From a virus (taxonomy: Duplodnaviria > Caudoviricetes): a stretch of DNA of 61,623 nucleotides. Under the pieces are notes generated by a model. That model did not search any database. It was given only the letters and a program-made list of their open reading frames with translations, and was not told the DNA's origin. The stretch lies in IMG/VR virus record IMGVR_UViG_3300036795_000110, positions 1 to 61,623 of that record. The stretch is one strand, 5' to 3'. Positions 37,566 through 46,447 of the stretch are shown here, one piece after another. Positions within the stretch are counted from its first letter, which is position 1. Each line of letters starts with the position of its first letter. The position numbers and the translations under genes were made by a program.

Positions 37566-37670
37566 ATGACGCAAATAGTGACGATTGGCGGCGTGGCAGC
37601 GATGTATGTGGGGCTGCGATGGACGCTGCATTCCCTGCGCCTGTGGCCCACGCAGTGGCTGGGCCGGTGA
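37566..37670 (+). CDS. 34-aa hydrophobic peptide
   Basis: MTQIVTIGGVAAMYVGLRWTLHSLRLWPTQWLGR; stop overlaps the HNH gene ATG. Confidence 0.5.
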   Translation: MTQIVTIGGVAAMYVGLRWTLHSLRLWPTQWLGR

Positions 37671-38179
37671 TGCGGCGCCAGGCAAACAGGTACGCACTGC
37701 GCCAGGCCGGGGTGACCGTGCTGGGCGGAGTAACCGCGCTAGCCTTTATCGCGGGGGGCTGGGACTACGGCGTGACCATGACCATCCTGTCGGGGATGCT
37801 GGTGCTCGAAGCCGCCCGCGGCTGGCCCGGCGTGAGGCGCCACCGGCTCCGGCACGAGATCCGGTACTGGAACCGGCACGGGCGGCCTCCCACGCCCAGC
37901 GGGCTACGGCTGCAGGTGTTCCGCCGGGACGGGTTCAGGTGCGTGGCGTGCGGACGGCGCCGCTGGCTGCAGGCCGACCACATCCGGCCCTGGCACTACG
38001 GCGGGCAGACCACGCTGGCCAACCTGGCGACGCTGTGCGTGGTCTGTAACCGGATCAAGAGCGATTACTGGCCGATGCACGGGTACCACCCGTGGCCGCG
38101 ATACAACCACAAGGGAGCGGCCCGGAAGATCCTGGCCGCCGAGCAGCACCATATGGCGAAACTGAGGCAGGCAGCATGA
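37670..38179 (+). CDS. HNH endonuclease with two N-terminal hydrophobic (TM-like) helices
   Basis: LRLQVFRRDGFRCVACG...DHIRPWHYGGQTTLANLATLCVVCNRIKSD. Confidence 0.88.
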   Translation: MRRQANRYALRQAGVTVLGGVTALAFIAGGWDYGVTMTILSGMLVLEAARGWPGVRRHRLRHEIRYWNRHGRPPTPSGLRLQVFRRDGFRCVACGRRRWLQADHIRPWHYGGQTTLANLATLCVVCNRIKSDYWPMHGYHPWPRYNHKGAARKILAAEQHHMAKLRQAA

Positions 38180-38268
38180 AGGAGAAGATCCAGCTCCAGC
38201 TACTCGGCGCCCTGCTGGGCGCCCTCGGCCTGCTGCTGATCGTGATGACAGTAAAGGTGACGATATGA
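38176..38268 (+). CDS. 30-aa single-TM peptide
   Basis: MKEKIQLQLLGALLGALGLLLIVMTVKVTI; ATGA overlaps at both ends. Confidence 0.6.
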   Translation: MKEKIQLQLLGALLGALGLLLIVMTVKVTI

Positions 38269-38627
38269 CGGAGGCACCGAAGTTCATGGACCTGGCCGAC
38301 CACGAGCGGACGCCCGAGGGCCAGCAGCACGGGCCGCACAACTGCCCGCGCTGCCGCACAGAAACCAGCCCGGCTGACCGGCAGTTCCGGACGATGATGA
38401 CCAACCGGTGGACCGTCAGCACGACGGTAACCGCGGAGGAGATCGCCGCGTGGCTGAACGAGGGCGAGGACGACCCGCGGTTTATCCGGGCGCCAGATAC
38501 GGTCGGGCCGGTCGACGTGCTCGACTACCTAGCCGCCGTCGACCAGGGCAACCACGTCCGGCCGCCTGCCAGCCCCCGGAACCTGACCCGGGTCGCGTCG
38601 CCCCTGGGCTACGTCACTGTCGTCTGA
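38265..38627 (+). CDS. Hypothetical protein (H/C cluster)
   Basis: HGPHNCPRC; translationally coupled start. Confidence 0.65.
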   Translation: MTEAPKFMDLADHERTPEGQQHGPHNCPRCRTETSPADRQFRTMMTNRWTVSTTVTAEEIAAWLNEGEDDPRFIRAPDTVGPVDVLDYLAAVDQGNHVRPPASPRNLTRVASPLGYVTVV

Positions 38628-38630
38628 CCC

Positions 38631-38660
38631 TTGTCACGTTGTCAAGGCCCGTGATATGCT
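38631..38660 (+). promoter_or_regulatory. Promoter TTGTCA-N18-TATGCT with the operator over the -35
   Basis: Read directly from the sequence. Confidence 0.7.
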
Positions 38661-38692
38661 GGTGGTTTGGCATCGAGGCAACGGAGGTTGCG

Positions 38693-39016
38693 ATGGCAAA
38701 GCACCCGAGACCGTCCGACGTTCCCAGGGGGGAGCGGCGCGCGGTCCGTGACCAGGCCAAGATCAACCGGGCCGAGCGGGGCGGGGTCGCTGGCATCCTA
38801 AAAGGCCACGCCCGGTCGGAGAAACAAGAGCCGGGCGACGACAGGGACATCAAGTAGCCGGTGAGCAAGAAGAGCGAACCGGGCAAGGGGAAGTATCCGG
38901 GGAAGAACCGGAGCAAGGAGGAGGACGAGGCCGACTACGAGAAGGCGACGGACCAGCCCGAGGACAAGCGGACGGGACCCGACGCCAGCCGCCAGAAGCC
39001 AGGTAACGGCAAGTAA
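38693..39016 (+). CDS. Two small highly charged proteins (38693..38857 and 38861..39016)
   Basis: GGAGG RBS; MAKHPRPSDVP... and VSKKSEPGKGKYPG...; followed by a hairpin. Confidence 0.55.
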
Positions 39017-39022
39017 CCGAAC

Positions 39023-39051
39023 GCGGCCCGGTCCCACGCGGACCGGGCCGC
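39023..39051 (+). terminator. GC-rich hairpin terminator
   Basis: gcggcccggtcc-cacgc-ggaccgggccgc. Confidence 0.65.
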
Positions 39052-39069
39052 CGTCTGTCTGGAGCTACA

Positions 39070-39234
39070 GTGGTCTACCAGCTAAAGTTGTACCGATCGC
39101 ACAGCGACTTCAACGCCAACCAGGAGGAGATGTCTGCGGACGGGTGGACGATCAAGAGCAGCGCCATCCTGCCCGCTGGCGGACCCTCGGGTCCGTACTA
39201 CGCCGTCCACGTGATGTGGGAGCGGTCGCGATGA
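39070..39234 (+). CDS. 54-aa hypothetical protein (DUF4177-like pattern)
   Basis: Manual translation VVYQLKLY...EEMSADGWTIKS...VMWER; GGAG RBS. Confidence 0.55.
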   Translation: MVYQLKLYRSHSDFNANQEEMSADGWTIKSSAILPAGGPSGPYYAVHVMWERSR

Positions 39235-39764
39235 AGTTCGAGGTCAGCACCGGCTACCTGGACCCGATCGACCTGGGCCGTAACGAGTGGGTCAGCGTCC
39301 GGCTGCCGGGCGGGCGCGTGGTAACCGTCTACCACGACTCCATCCACGTGCAGACCGAGCAGGAGGTCCTGGATCGCAAGTCGGGCCAGAAGGTCTGGAC
39401 CGGCACGCCGAACTTGGTGGCCTGGCCGCACGGGCGGACCTACGAGCAGCACTCCGCGGACGACGCGCCCGAGGAGGAGCTGCCCGATCCGCGCGTCCAG
39501 ATCGAAGCGGCCTGCCGCAGGTGCATCTGGCGCCAGCGCGGTCCGTACAACCGGACCTGGAGCCGGATGGTCCAGCACGCGGCCGAGTCCGGCCACATCA
39601 TCGAGTGGAACGAGGTCCGCGGGCCGCTGGGCGACTTCGTGATCAGCCGGGCCGACCGCCTGGCCGAGAACGCCGAGATCAGCCGCCTGCTGTCGGCGTC
39701 GCAGGAACCAGAGTTGGGATCAGGGTCGGGGTCACCGTCACAGACGGAGAAGGGACAACCGTAA
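39231..39764 (+). CDS. Hypothetical protein with a CxxC...H...H zinc finger
   Basis: CRRC...HAAESGH; ATGA coupling. Confidence 0.65.
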   Translation: MKFEVSTGYLDPIDLGRNEWVSVRLPGGRVVTVYHDSIHVQTEQEVLDRKSGQKVWTGTPNLVAWPHGRTYEQHSADDAPEEELPDPRVQIEAACRRCIWRQRGPYNRTWSRMVQHAAESGHIIEWNEVRGPLGDFVISRADRLAENAEISRLLSASQEPELGSGSGSPSQTEKGQP

Positions 39765-40242
39765 TAGTGCTCGTCGGGCTCTCCGTGACCGAGGGAGACA
39801 CTGGGACGCCGGACAGGTCCGTCGAGCCCGGCGTACCGGTCGGAAAGACGGAGACGGTCACGGAGGGCCGCGGGGACGGTGCCGGGCCAGGTGCCGTCCC
39901 CGTCAGCGTGGTCCCATGCTCCTGGCGGCCCGTTACGATCGAGGTCAGCGGCTTAGCTGCTGCCGCCTCGACTGCCGTCAGGCCCACCGGTAGCCCCACC
40001 GCCGCGATACCGGCGATCGCCCCCGCCTTCCTCACGTGGTCGGGTAGCCGGCTGGCGTGGCGCCGTCCACGTTCCGCAAGGAGCGTGTACGCCTCGGAGG
40101 ACAGGCCGCTGACCACCGCCCCGCTAAAGGTACCGGCGATCGTCCCGCTGGTGCCGAACGTTGACCCAACTACCATCGAGGTAACCGCGGTCACCCCGCC
40201 GATGGCCAGTTTCATGGTCTTGTCGAAGGTCTCTTGCTTCAA
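39679..40242 (-). CDS. Membrane protein with a Pro/Thr/Ser-rich tail
   Basis: Hydrophobic Gly-rich helices then PSPSVTVTPT repeats. Confidence 0.65.
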   Translation of the reverse strand: MKQETFDKTMKLAIGGVTAVTSMVVGSTFGTSGTIAGTFSGAVVSGLSSEAYTLLAERGRRHASRLPDHVRKAGAIAGIAAVGLPVGLTAVEAAAAKPLTSIVTGRQEHGTTLTGTAPGPAPSPRPSVTVSVFPTGTPGSTDLSGVPVSPSVTESPTSTITVVPSPSVTVTPTLIPTLVPATPTAGG

Positions 40243-40251
40243 GGTCTGTGC

Positions 40252-41164
40252 CTAAAGGTTGTTGATGAATGCGTCCAGGTCCCACGCGCCGGACGGGTGG
40301 CGGTCGCCCCCGCGGACCATGCGCTCCTGCGGCCGGTCGCGCCGGGGGAAGCAGCGGAAGCAGTGGGCATCCTCGTCCGGCGGGGCGATGGCCAGCCTGG
40401 GCCAGGCCGCGGTATCGGTTTTGTTCTTGGCCGAGCACAGCGGCAGGCCGTCGCTGCTCAGTCTGTGCCACAGGGGACGGTGCCCGTTCCCCCCGGGCGA
40501 ACGGGCGTACGACATCAGCAGTCGCACTCCCGCCCGCAGGTCTTACCGGCGGTTACGTTGTGCACCGGGATGTCCGGCAGGCGCTCCAGCTCGTAGGTAA
40601 ACGAGCCGTCCTCGTTGTCCGTGACCTCGATCACGCGATACATCTCAGTGCCGTTGATCTGGACCGTCTGGCCCCGGACCAGCTCGGGAGCGTCTGGCCC
40701 GTCCAGCCGCAGCTCGTAGCTCGACCTGGCCAGCGGGGCCACGGCGCCGACGATCGTGAAGCGGGTTCCGTCTGTGTGTACCACGCTCATCACCTCCGCG
40801 GGGCCAGCTCGTCGGACGGATCGAGCCGCGACTCCAGGTCGCGAATGTAGCGAACGATGATGGACTCGGCCGCCTCGTCGCCGTCGTACCGGTCCGGAGC
40901 GTTCACCAGGCACTCCCCGATGAAGTCGTGATAGGCCGCGGTACTGACCGGGAAGTCCGCCGGAGCGTCCGTCACGTCCTGGCCGTGGCCGACCACCTCG
41001 AACACCTGGTCGAACAGTACCCGGCTGACCCGGACCCGGCCGTCCTCCACGTCCCCCACTACCTCGAAGGAGCTGCGCCCGAGGACCACCGACTGCGGCA
41101 GCCCCCGGGACAGCGCCAGGACCTTGGCCTCAGGTGCGAAGACCAGCTTGCCCGGACCCTTCAC
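40252..41164 (-). CDS. Three small hypothetical genes (40790..41164, about 40515..40790, 40252..about 40527)
   Basis: Coupled ORFs downstream of terS. Confidence 0.55.
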
Positions 41165-41754
41165 GTCACGGCCTCGTTACTGCCCTCGGGTACCGAGGGC
41201 AGGCCGTTCACGTTCAGCTCGTCGACCAGCCCGGCGATCTCCGCATCCAGCTCGCTGTTCTCCTGCTCCAGCTTGATCGTCACCGGCATGTCCAGGCCGT
41301 TCAGCTTGGCCCGCCGCTCCGCGATCTTGATCAGCGCCTGGACGGCGGCCAGCTCCGGCCCGTCGTCCCGCAGCGGCTCGTACAGCGGGATCGGCTTGCC
41401 GTTGTCGTCGTGGAATATCTCGTCCGTTTCCGGATCCCTGGCGAACCCGGTGAACGGACCGACGATCTTGCCGTGCTGCACGGTAATGTGGAACCGCTCC
41501 AGGACGGTCCGGGCGTGACGTTCGAGGTCGTTAAGCTTGAGGGTTTCTATTTGCCTCAGCTGGTCGGCCTCGGGTGACGGGTTTTCCTTCAGGTAGATGC
41601 TCACGGCCTGGTGGGCCGCCCCGGTACTGGTGTACCCGGCGATCGCCGCCACCTCGGCCCAGTTGTGGCCCTCGACCAGTGCCCGGATCGCCTTCTCGCG
41701 CTTCATCCGTGCCGTGGCCCGGCCCCGGGTGTTGGCGCTGTTCCGGTTTGGCAT
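41161..41754 (-). CDS. terS: Putative terminase small subunit
   Basis: N-terminal HTH (GHNWAEVAAIAGY...AAHQAV), ELAAVQALIKIAERRAKLNGLDMP, typical of actinophage TerS-like proteins. Confidence 0.68.
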   Translation of the reverse strand: MPNRNSANTRGRATARMKREKAIRALVEGHNWAEVAAIAGYTSTGAAHQAVSIYLKENPSPEADQLRQIETLKLNDLERHARTVLERFHITVQHGKIVGPFTGFARDPETDEIFHDDNGKPIPLYEPLRDDGPELAAVQALIKIAERRAKLNGLDMPVTIKLEQENSELDAEIAGLVDELNVNGLPSVPEGSNEAVT

Positions 41755-41886
41755 CAGCGCCTGCTCCTCTTCCGGCCCCTGTGCTGCAGGCGCCTAAGGT
41801 ACCGGCGCTCCTCCCGCAAGGTCATCGGCCGGCAGTTGTGCGCCTGGTCCTGGCACGGGCGGCCGATGTCCGTCAGGTACGTCTTG

Positions 41887-42534
41887 CTAGCCGACGATGA
41901 GGCCACTGGCGCTCCGTCCCGGGATGCCCGGCATGGCCGGCATCTGCTGTCCGTTCGAATCTGGCGGCTCCGGCGCTGCCTGGAAGCACCCGACACAGCA
42001 GCCAGTTCCTCCGATCAGCATATCGGCTGGCTTTACCGGTGGCAACGCTCCCTCCGGCAGGTCCTTGCCCTCCTGGTACGCCTGCTGCCCGGCCAGCGTC
42101 GCGGCGTGCAGCTCCCCCATCCACTCCGGCGATCCTTCCTTCAGCCCTCTCTCGACCAGCACCACCGACAGCTTCATCGCGGCCAGCTTGTTGGCGTGGA
42201 CGCACGGGGTGCACGCGGGCCGCCAGCTCATTGCCTGGTGCCGGGCCGCCGCGATCTCCTGGGCCATCGCCCGGACCTGCTCGGGCGTGGGCTCCCCGTC
42301 CCGCTCGTCCTGGCGCTCCCTGAACTTCTCCTCCGCGGTCTTGAGGAATCCGGGCTTGCCGCCCGCCCCGCGCAGGATCTCGGTCACCGAGGCCCCCTCC
42401 GGCGCCCTGGACCCGGCCAGCTCGTCCATCGCCACCTGCGTGGGCTGCCTGCCTGCGATCGGCTGCCTGGCCGGCCGCCCCGTGCGCCGTCCGCCCCTCG
42501 GCTGCTTGCCCCGGTTGCCGCTCACCTGGTCCAC
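41887..42534 (-). CDS. Hypothetical protein with CxxC pairs (start approximate)
   Basis: CTPC...CCVGC. Confidence 0.55.
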   Translation of the reverse strand: MDQVSGNRGKQPRGGRRTGRPARQPIAGRQPTQVAMDELAGSRAPEGASVTEILRGAGGKPGFLKTAEEKFRERQDERDGEPTPEQVRAMAQEIAAARHQAMSWRPACTPCVHANKLAAMKLSVVLVERGLKEGSPEWMGELHAATLAGQQAYQEGKDLPEGALPPVKPADMLIGGTGCCVGCFQAAPEPPDSNGQQMPAMPGIPGRSASGLIVG

Positions 42535-42601
42535 CTCTCGTACAGGGTCCCGCAGTGGACCAGTGCCACCGCCAGGCACACGAATACCGCTAGTGTTATC
42601 A

Positions 42602-43477
42602 TCAGCCGCTGCTCCCGAATCCGCTTGTCCCACGCTCGCTATAGGGCAGGTCCTCCACCTTGTCCACCTGCTCGATCCGGATCTGGCCCAGCATGTTCGG
42701 CAGCACGATCATCTGCGCTATCCGCGTTCCCGCCGGGATGTGCAGGCAGTCCCCGTCGACCCGGGCTCCGCCCGCCACCTCGGGCACGCCGGACTGATCA
42801 GGCCGGTATACCATCGCCCGCAGTTCACCGCGCCAGCCCTCGTCGATGATGCCCGGCATCACCCACAGGCCCAGCCTGCTCCACGCTGAGGACCGGCCGG
42901 TGATCCAGCCGAACGTGCCCGGTGGCAGCGCCACCGTCACCCCGCACGGCACGTCCTTGCTCTGGCCCGGCCAGATATTCAGGTCCTTCGTGGTGGCCAG
43001 GTCCAGACCGCAGTCCCCCGGGAACGGGGCGGGCGGGAACGCCACCTTGTCCGGGTCGTCCAGCCGGACCGCCTGCAGCACGTTACCGTCCGCTACCCGG
43101 CGGTACTCCCGCCACCATTCCCACGCCCGGTCGCGCCGCACCGCCTCGTCGGCCAGGTCCCGGTCCGTCCGGCTCAGCTTGCGGTTGTCGGTGACCCTGG
43201 GCGGTACGTGGTTGCCGTCGCTGGCCGTCTGCGCCTGGCGCACCGACTCGGAGAACGGGCGGTCGCCCGTGATAGCGGTGGCCAGGTTCCGGATCTGATC
43301 TATCATCGAGCCGGACTTGTAGTGGGTCGCCTCGCGCAGCGACGCGATCAGGCCCCGGGCCAGCCGTTTGTTGTCCGGGGCCACCATCTCCAGCCACTCG
43401 ATCAGCTCCGGGACCAGCTCCGGGCCGCCGTCGAGGGTAACCTGCCAGTGGCCCTGGCCCGTGTCAGTCTTCGTCAT
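42602..43477 (-). CDS. dut: Trimeric dUTPase-family protein with a long N-terminal extension
   Basis: GDCGLDL, GRSS, GIIDEGWRGE, GTRIAQ, RGTSGFGSSG. Confidence 0.88.
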   Translation of the reverse strand: MTKTDTGQGHWQVTLDGGPELVPELIEWLEMVAPDNKRLARGLIASLREATHYKSGSMIDQIRNLATAITGDRPFSESVRQAQTASDGNHVPPRVTDNRKLSRTDRDLADEAVRRDRAWEWWREYRRVADGNVLQAVRLDDPDKVAFPPAPFPGDCGLDLATTKDLNIWPGQSKDVPCGVTVALPPGTFGWITGRSSAWSRLGLWVMPGIIDEGWRGELRAMVYRPDQSGVPEVAGGARVDGDCLHIPAGTRIAQMIVLPNMLGQIRIEQVDKVEDLPYSERGTSGFGSSG

Positions 43478-43742
43478 CGTTGTCCTCAGCACCGTTGGCC
43501 AGCTGCGGGAACATCTGGGCCAGCGGGTGGTCTGCCGGGACCTGGATCGAGCCCAGCACGCCCGGCATCGGCATACCCATTCCTGGCATCAGGCCGGGGC
43601 CGGCGATCTTGGGCGTGGGCACGATACCGGCCCGCTGGCCCAGCCAGAACCATACCCGCTTACGAGCCTCAGGGTCCAGCGTCTCCAGCGTGCTGGCCAT
43701 ATCGAACATGGCCCGGGTCTCGGTCTCGACGGTCGTCTTCAC
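43464..43742 (-). CDS. Hypothetical protein
   Basis: Fills the operon; LETLDPEARKRVWFWL. Confidence 0.55.
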   Translation of the reverse strand: MKTTVETETRAMFDMASTLETLDPEARKRVWFWLGQRAGIVPTPKIAGPGLMPGMGMPMPGVLGSIQVPADHPLAQMFPQLANGAEDNDDED

Positions 43743-44236
43743 TACATCCACCTTCCGTTGTCCCGGATAAACCGGGCCATCCATGAATATATCCCCAGAT
43801 CGTGCCAGGTATCCTCGCTGGGCTCCCGCCCCTTCTCCCACGCTCCGTACAGGCGCGCGGCCTTGCCCATCGCGTAGAACCCGCACGCCATCTCCAGCCC
43901 GGCCCGTTCGCGCGACTGGTGGTCCAGGTCCGACCCTTCCGGCAGCAGTGCCTCCATCGCCCGGCCCATGATCTTCAGGTCGCTGGCGCCGTACTCGATC
44001 GCCTTCGGCTTGAGCCGGGCCAGGTCCTCCTCGAACTTGGCCCGCAGCCACTTCTCGATCACCGCCCACCGCTCCTCGGCCGGGCTGGCCGCATCCGTCT
44101 TGGCTAGCCGGTGGTCGCAGCGGTTCTCCGGCCCCCATTCGCCGTATTCGACACCGCACCGGATGCACCGATCGTTGTTGGCCGGCTTCTTGTTGGTCCA
44201 GAGATGGCCTTGCATATCGAACCACTCGTCGCTCAC
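43742..44236 (-). CDS. All-alpha MazG-like/Nmad1(DUF1599)-like protein with an N-terminal zinc ribbon
   Basis: KAIEYG...GKAARL...EDTWHDLGIYS pattern; GTG overlaps the purZ stop. Confidence 0.65.
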   Translation of the reverse strand: MSDEWFDMQGHLWTNKKPANNDRCIRCGVEYGEWGPENRCDHRLAKTDAASPAEERWAVIEKWLRAKFEEDLARLKPKAIEYGASDLKIMGRAMEALLPEGSDLDHQSRERAGLEMACGFYAMGKAARLYGAWEKGREPSEDTWHDLGIYSWMARFIRDNGRWM

Positions 44237-45390
44237 TGGTGCCTCAGATCGATGAAGGAGGACGGGCCGGTACCGACGATGCCGATGGAGCAGCCCAGGT
44301 CGTACTCGGTCCGGGTGACCAGCTGGGTGAACCGGTCCCGGGTCTCCCCGCTGAGGTGGTCCAGGCTGGTCGCCCCGGCCGCCATCGGGACCGCGTGGTC
44401 GGCCATCGTAAGCGCGGCGCGGACCGGGCTGGCCGCCGGATCCCCGTAGCGGGGTCCGCCGTTCGCCAGGATGGCCTCGCGGGCCAGCGGGGCCTCCCAG
44501 TGGCCGACCCTCCGCACCTTGCGGGTAACGGTGGTCAGTTCCTGCGGCAGGCCCAGCTCCTCCCACGTCGTCTCGTCCATCAGCGGGCCGCTGTTCCCGG
44601 CTACGCGGATCGGGTAGGCACGGAATACCACCCACACCTCCAGCCGGGCTCCGCTGGTCCACGGGCTGATTCCGGCCATCGACAGCATGTCGATCGCGGT
44701 ACAGTCCGAGGAGGTGCACTGGGGATACTGCCCGGCATGGATGCCCAGGCCGTAGCCCTGGGTGCCCTCGACCAGGACCGCCCGCTGCCCGTCGATATAC
44801 GACCTGATGTGCATCATGGTGTCGGTGACGGTGAACCGGGCACCGATCCAGTTGTGATCGCGGGCCAGCCGGGCATCGCGCATCGTCCGGGCCGCGCGGG
44901 CCGCTCCCACGCCCTTACCGGTAGAGCCGATCCGCTCGGTGAGGCCGGGCAGGCCGGCCGGGTTCTCCCGGACCACGTGGATGGGCTCGATTATGGTGGC
45001 CTGCCGGTCGACGATCAGCCGCTCGCTGGCGTTGTAGCCCGCCTTGTCGAGCTGGTCGCACTCGCGCATCAGCAGGTCGGGCTCGATCTCGCTGCCCTGG
45101 GCGATGACCAGGGACTCGTCCGGGCTGCTGACCGCAGCCACGGGCACCTGCTGCAGGCGCCACGGGTGCTGGTGCGACGGGTGGACCTCGCCCTTGAAGT
45201 CTGCCAGCATTTCCGCCGGCTGGAGGCTGGCGCAGTCGGGATGGCACCTGCCCAGGACGGTGTGGCCCGCGTTGGGGCCGGCCACCCGGATGGACATCCC
45301 ACGCTGGTGCTCCGCGGCCAGGTAGCTGGCCACCGCCCCCTTGCCCTCGGACCCGTACTGGCCGCCGACCACTACCTGGAGTCTGCCCAC
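44233..45390 (-). CDS. purZ: PurZ-family (PurZ0-like) 2-aminodeoxyadenylosuccinate synthetase (ORF is open to 45528)
   Basis: GGQYGSEGKG (Ser replaces the PurA catalytic Asp), GPNAGHT, IGSTGKG, EGTQG, YPQCTS, YPIRVAGNSGP, TTVTRKVRRV, LTMAD. Confidence 0.85.
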   Translation of the reverse strand: MGRLQVVVGGQYGSEGKGAVASYLAAEHQRGMSIRVAGPNAGHTVLGRCHPDCASLQPAEMLADFKGEVHPSHQHPWRLQQVPVAAVSSPDESLVIAQGSEIEPDLLMRECDQLDKAGYNASERLIVDRQATIIEPIHVVRENPAGLPGLTERIGSTGKGVGAARAARTMRDARLARDHNWIGARFTVTDTMMHIRSYIDGQRAVLVEGTQGYGLGIHAGQYPQCTSSDCTAIDMLSMAGISPWTSGARLEVWVVFRAYPIRVAGNSGPLMDETTWEELGLPQELTTVTRKVRRVGHWEAPLAREAILANGGPRYGDPAASPVRAALTMADHAVPMAAGATSLDHLSGETRDRFTQLVTRTEYDLGCSIGIVGTGPSSFIDLRHQ

Positions 45391-45560
45391 TGGCCCATCC
45401 TCGATCCCTAGGTACTCGAACCGCATACCGTCCGGTAGCGGCATCAGCCTGTTCAGCCGGTCATTCACTGAGGCCACGCGCAGGGGGAGCACGTAGCGCT
45501 CCCAGAAACGCTGCTCGCTTGCCGTCATGGGGGGAGCCTAGCGGGGTCCTTGTCCGGGTG

Positions 45561-45776
45561 TCAATCCAGGGGGCGGAACGCCAGGATGACGATCATCCCG
45601 CCGCAGTGGGTGCACATCGCCAGCCTGGCCCGGACGTACTCTATAACCCGCGGGCGGCATTCGGCACAGATCGGCTTGACGTCCGCGCAGTAGCAGCGCA
45701 GGCACTGGCTGTCCATATAGAAGTCGGCCAGGTTATCGCACTCGACCAGGCCCCGGTCCCCGACCAGCCACTTCAT
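45561..45776 (-). CDS. Small Cys-rich protein (start uncertain)
   Basis: CLRCYC...CAEC...CTHCGG. Confidence 0.5.
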   Translation of the reverse strand: MKWLVGDRGLVECDNLADFYMDSQCLRCYCADVKPICAECRPRVIEYVRARLAMCTHCGGMIVILAFRPLD

Positions 45777-46311
45777 CTCGCAGAAGCGGGGATCGCCGGT
45801 CGAGGGTTGCGAACCGTACACCATGTGCCGAAGCATCTCGTCGGTGGGGTTTTCCTGGGAGATCGAAGTCTGGTCCTCGGTAAGCGAACCGGCCACTTCC
45901 CAGCCTCCTATCCTTCATCCGGAACCCTATTTTAGCCGCCTGAGCGCGGCCCTCTTTAAGGTTACCCTTGGGGTCCTGCAGGTAGACGGGCACGTCGACC
46001 CGGGAGGCGATGTACTTCACGACTCCCACGCACTGGGCGGTGGGGAACTCGCTGAACCCCTGCTCCCGGGCCATCCACGGGTAGAGCGCAAACCTCTCGA
46101 GTATTATCGCGCTGAGGTCCCGGGCGTGGTGCTCCAGCCACCCGTACAGGTCGGAGGGGTGGACCGTCATGGCCGCCATCAGCTGGATCTTGCCCAGCCG
46201 GGAGCAGTCGATCGCATCCGAGTAGCGGATACGCGGGAAGTCGTTTAGTTTGAACTCCGCCAGGCCGCACCACACGTCGCCCGGGTCGATGGCCGCGATC
46301 CGCCAGCTCAC
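45733..46311 (-). CDS. RuvC-like Holliday junction resolvase
   Basis: IAAIDPG...CGLA, IILERF, HRRDASAHG. Confidence 0.75.
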   Translation of the reverse strand: MSWRIAAIDPGDVWCGLAEFKLNDFPRIRYSDAIDCSRLGKIQLMAAMTVHPSDLYGWLEHHARDLSAIILERFALYPWMAREQGFSEFPTAQCVGVVKYIASRVDVPVYLQDPKGNLKEGRAQAAKIGFRMKDRRLGSGRFAYRGPDFDLPGKPHRRDASAHGVRFATLDRRSPLLRDEVAGRGPGPGRVR

Positions 46312-46447
46312 GGGTACTCCCACTTGCGCCAGCCGGTGTGGCGGAACCCGGCGCGCTTAAGACGGCGGACCTCGATCGGCCAGGTAACGAAGTCCAGGAG
46401 GCGCCAGTACCACTCGCAGCCCGGACCGGGGGGCATCGCCCTGTCCA

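Noticed and set aside
31378-38645. Repeated 15-20 bp palindromes as a degenerate CRISPR or integron array
   Set aside because: Spacing is irregular and gene-sized, the repeats coincide with promoter -35 boxes, and no integrase was seen.
44233-45390. Host-like purA auxiliary metabolic gene
   Set aside because: The catalytic Asp is replaced by Ser and other motifs follow the PurZ pattern.
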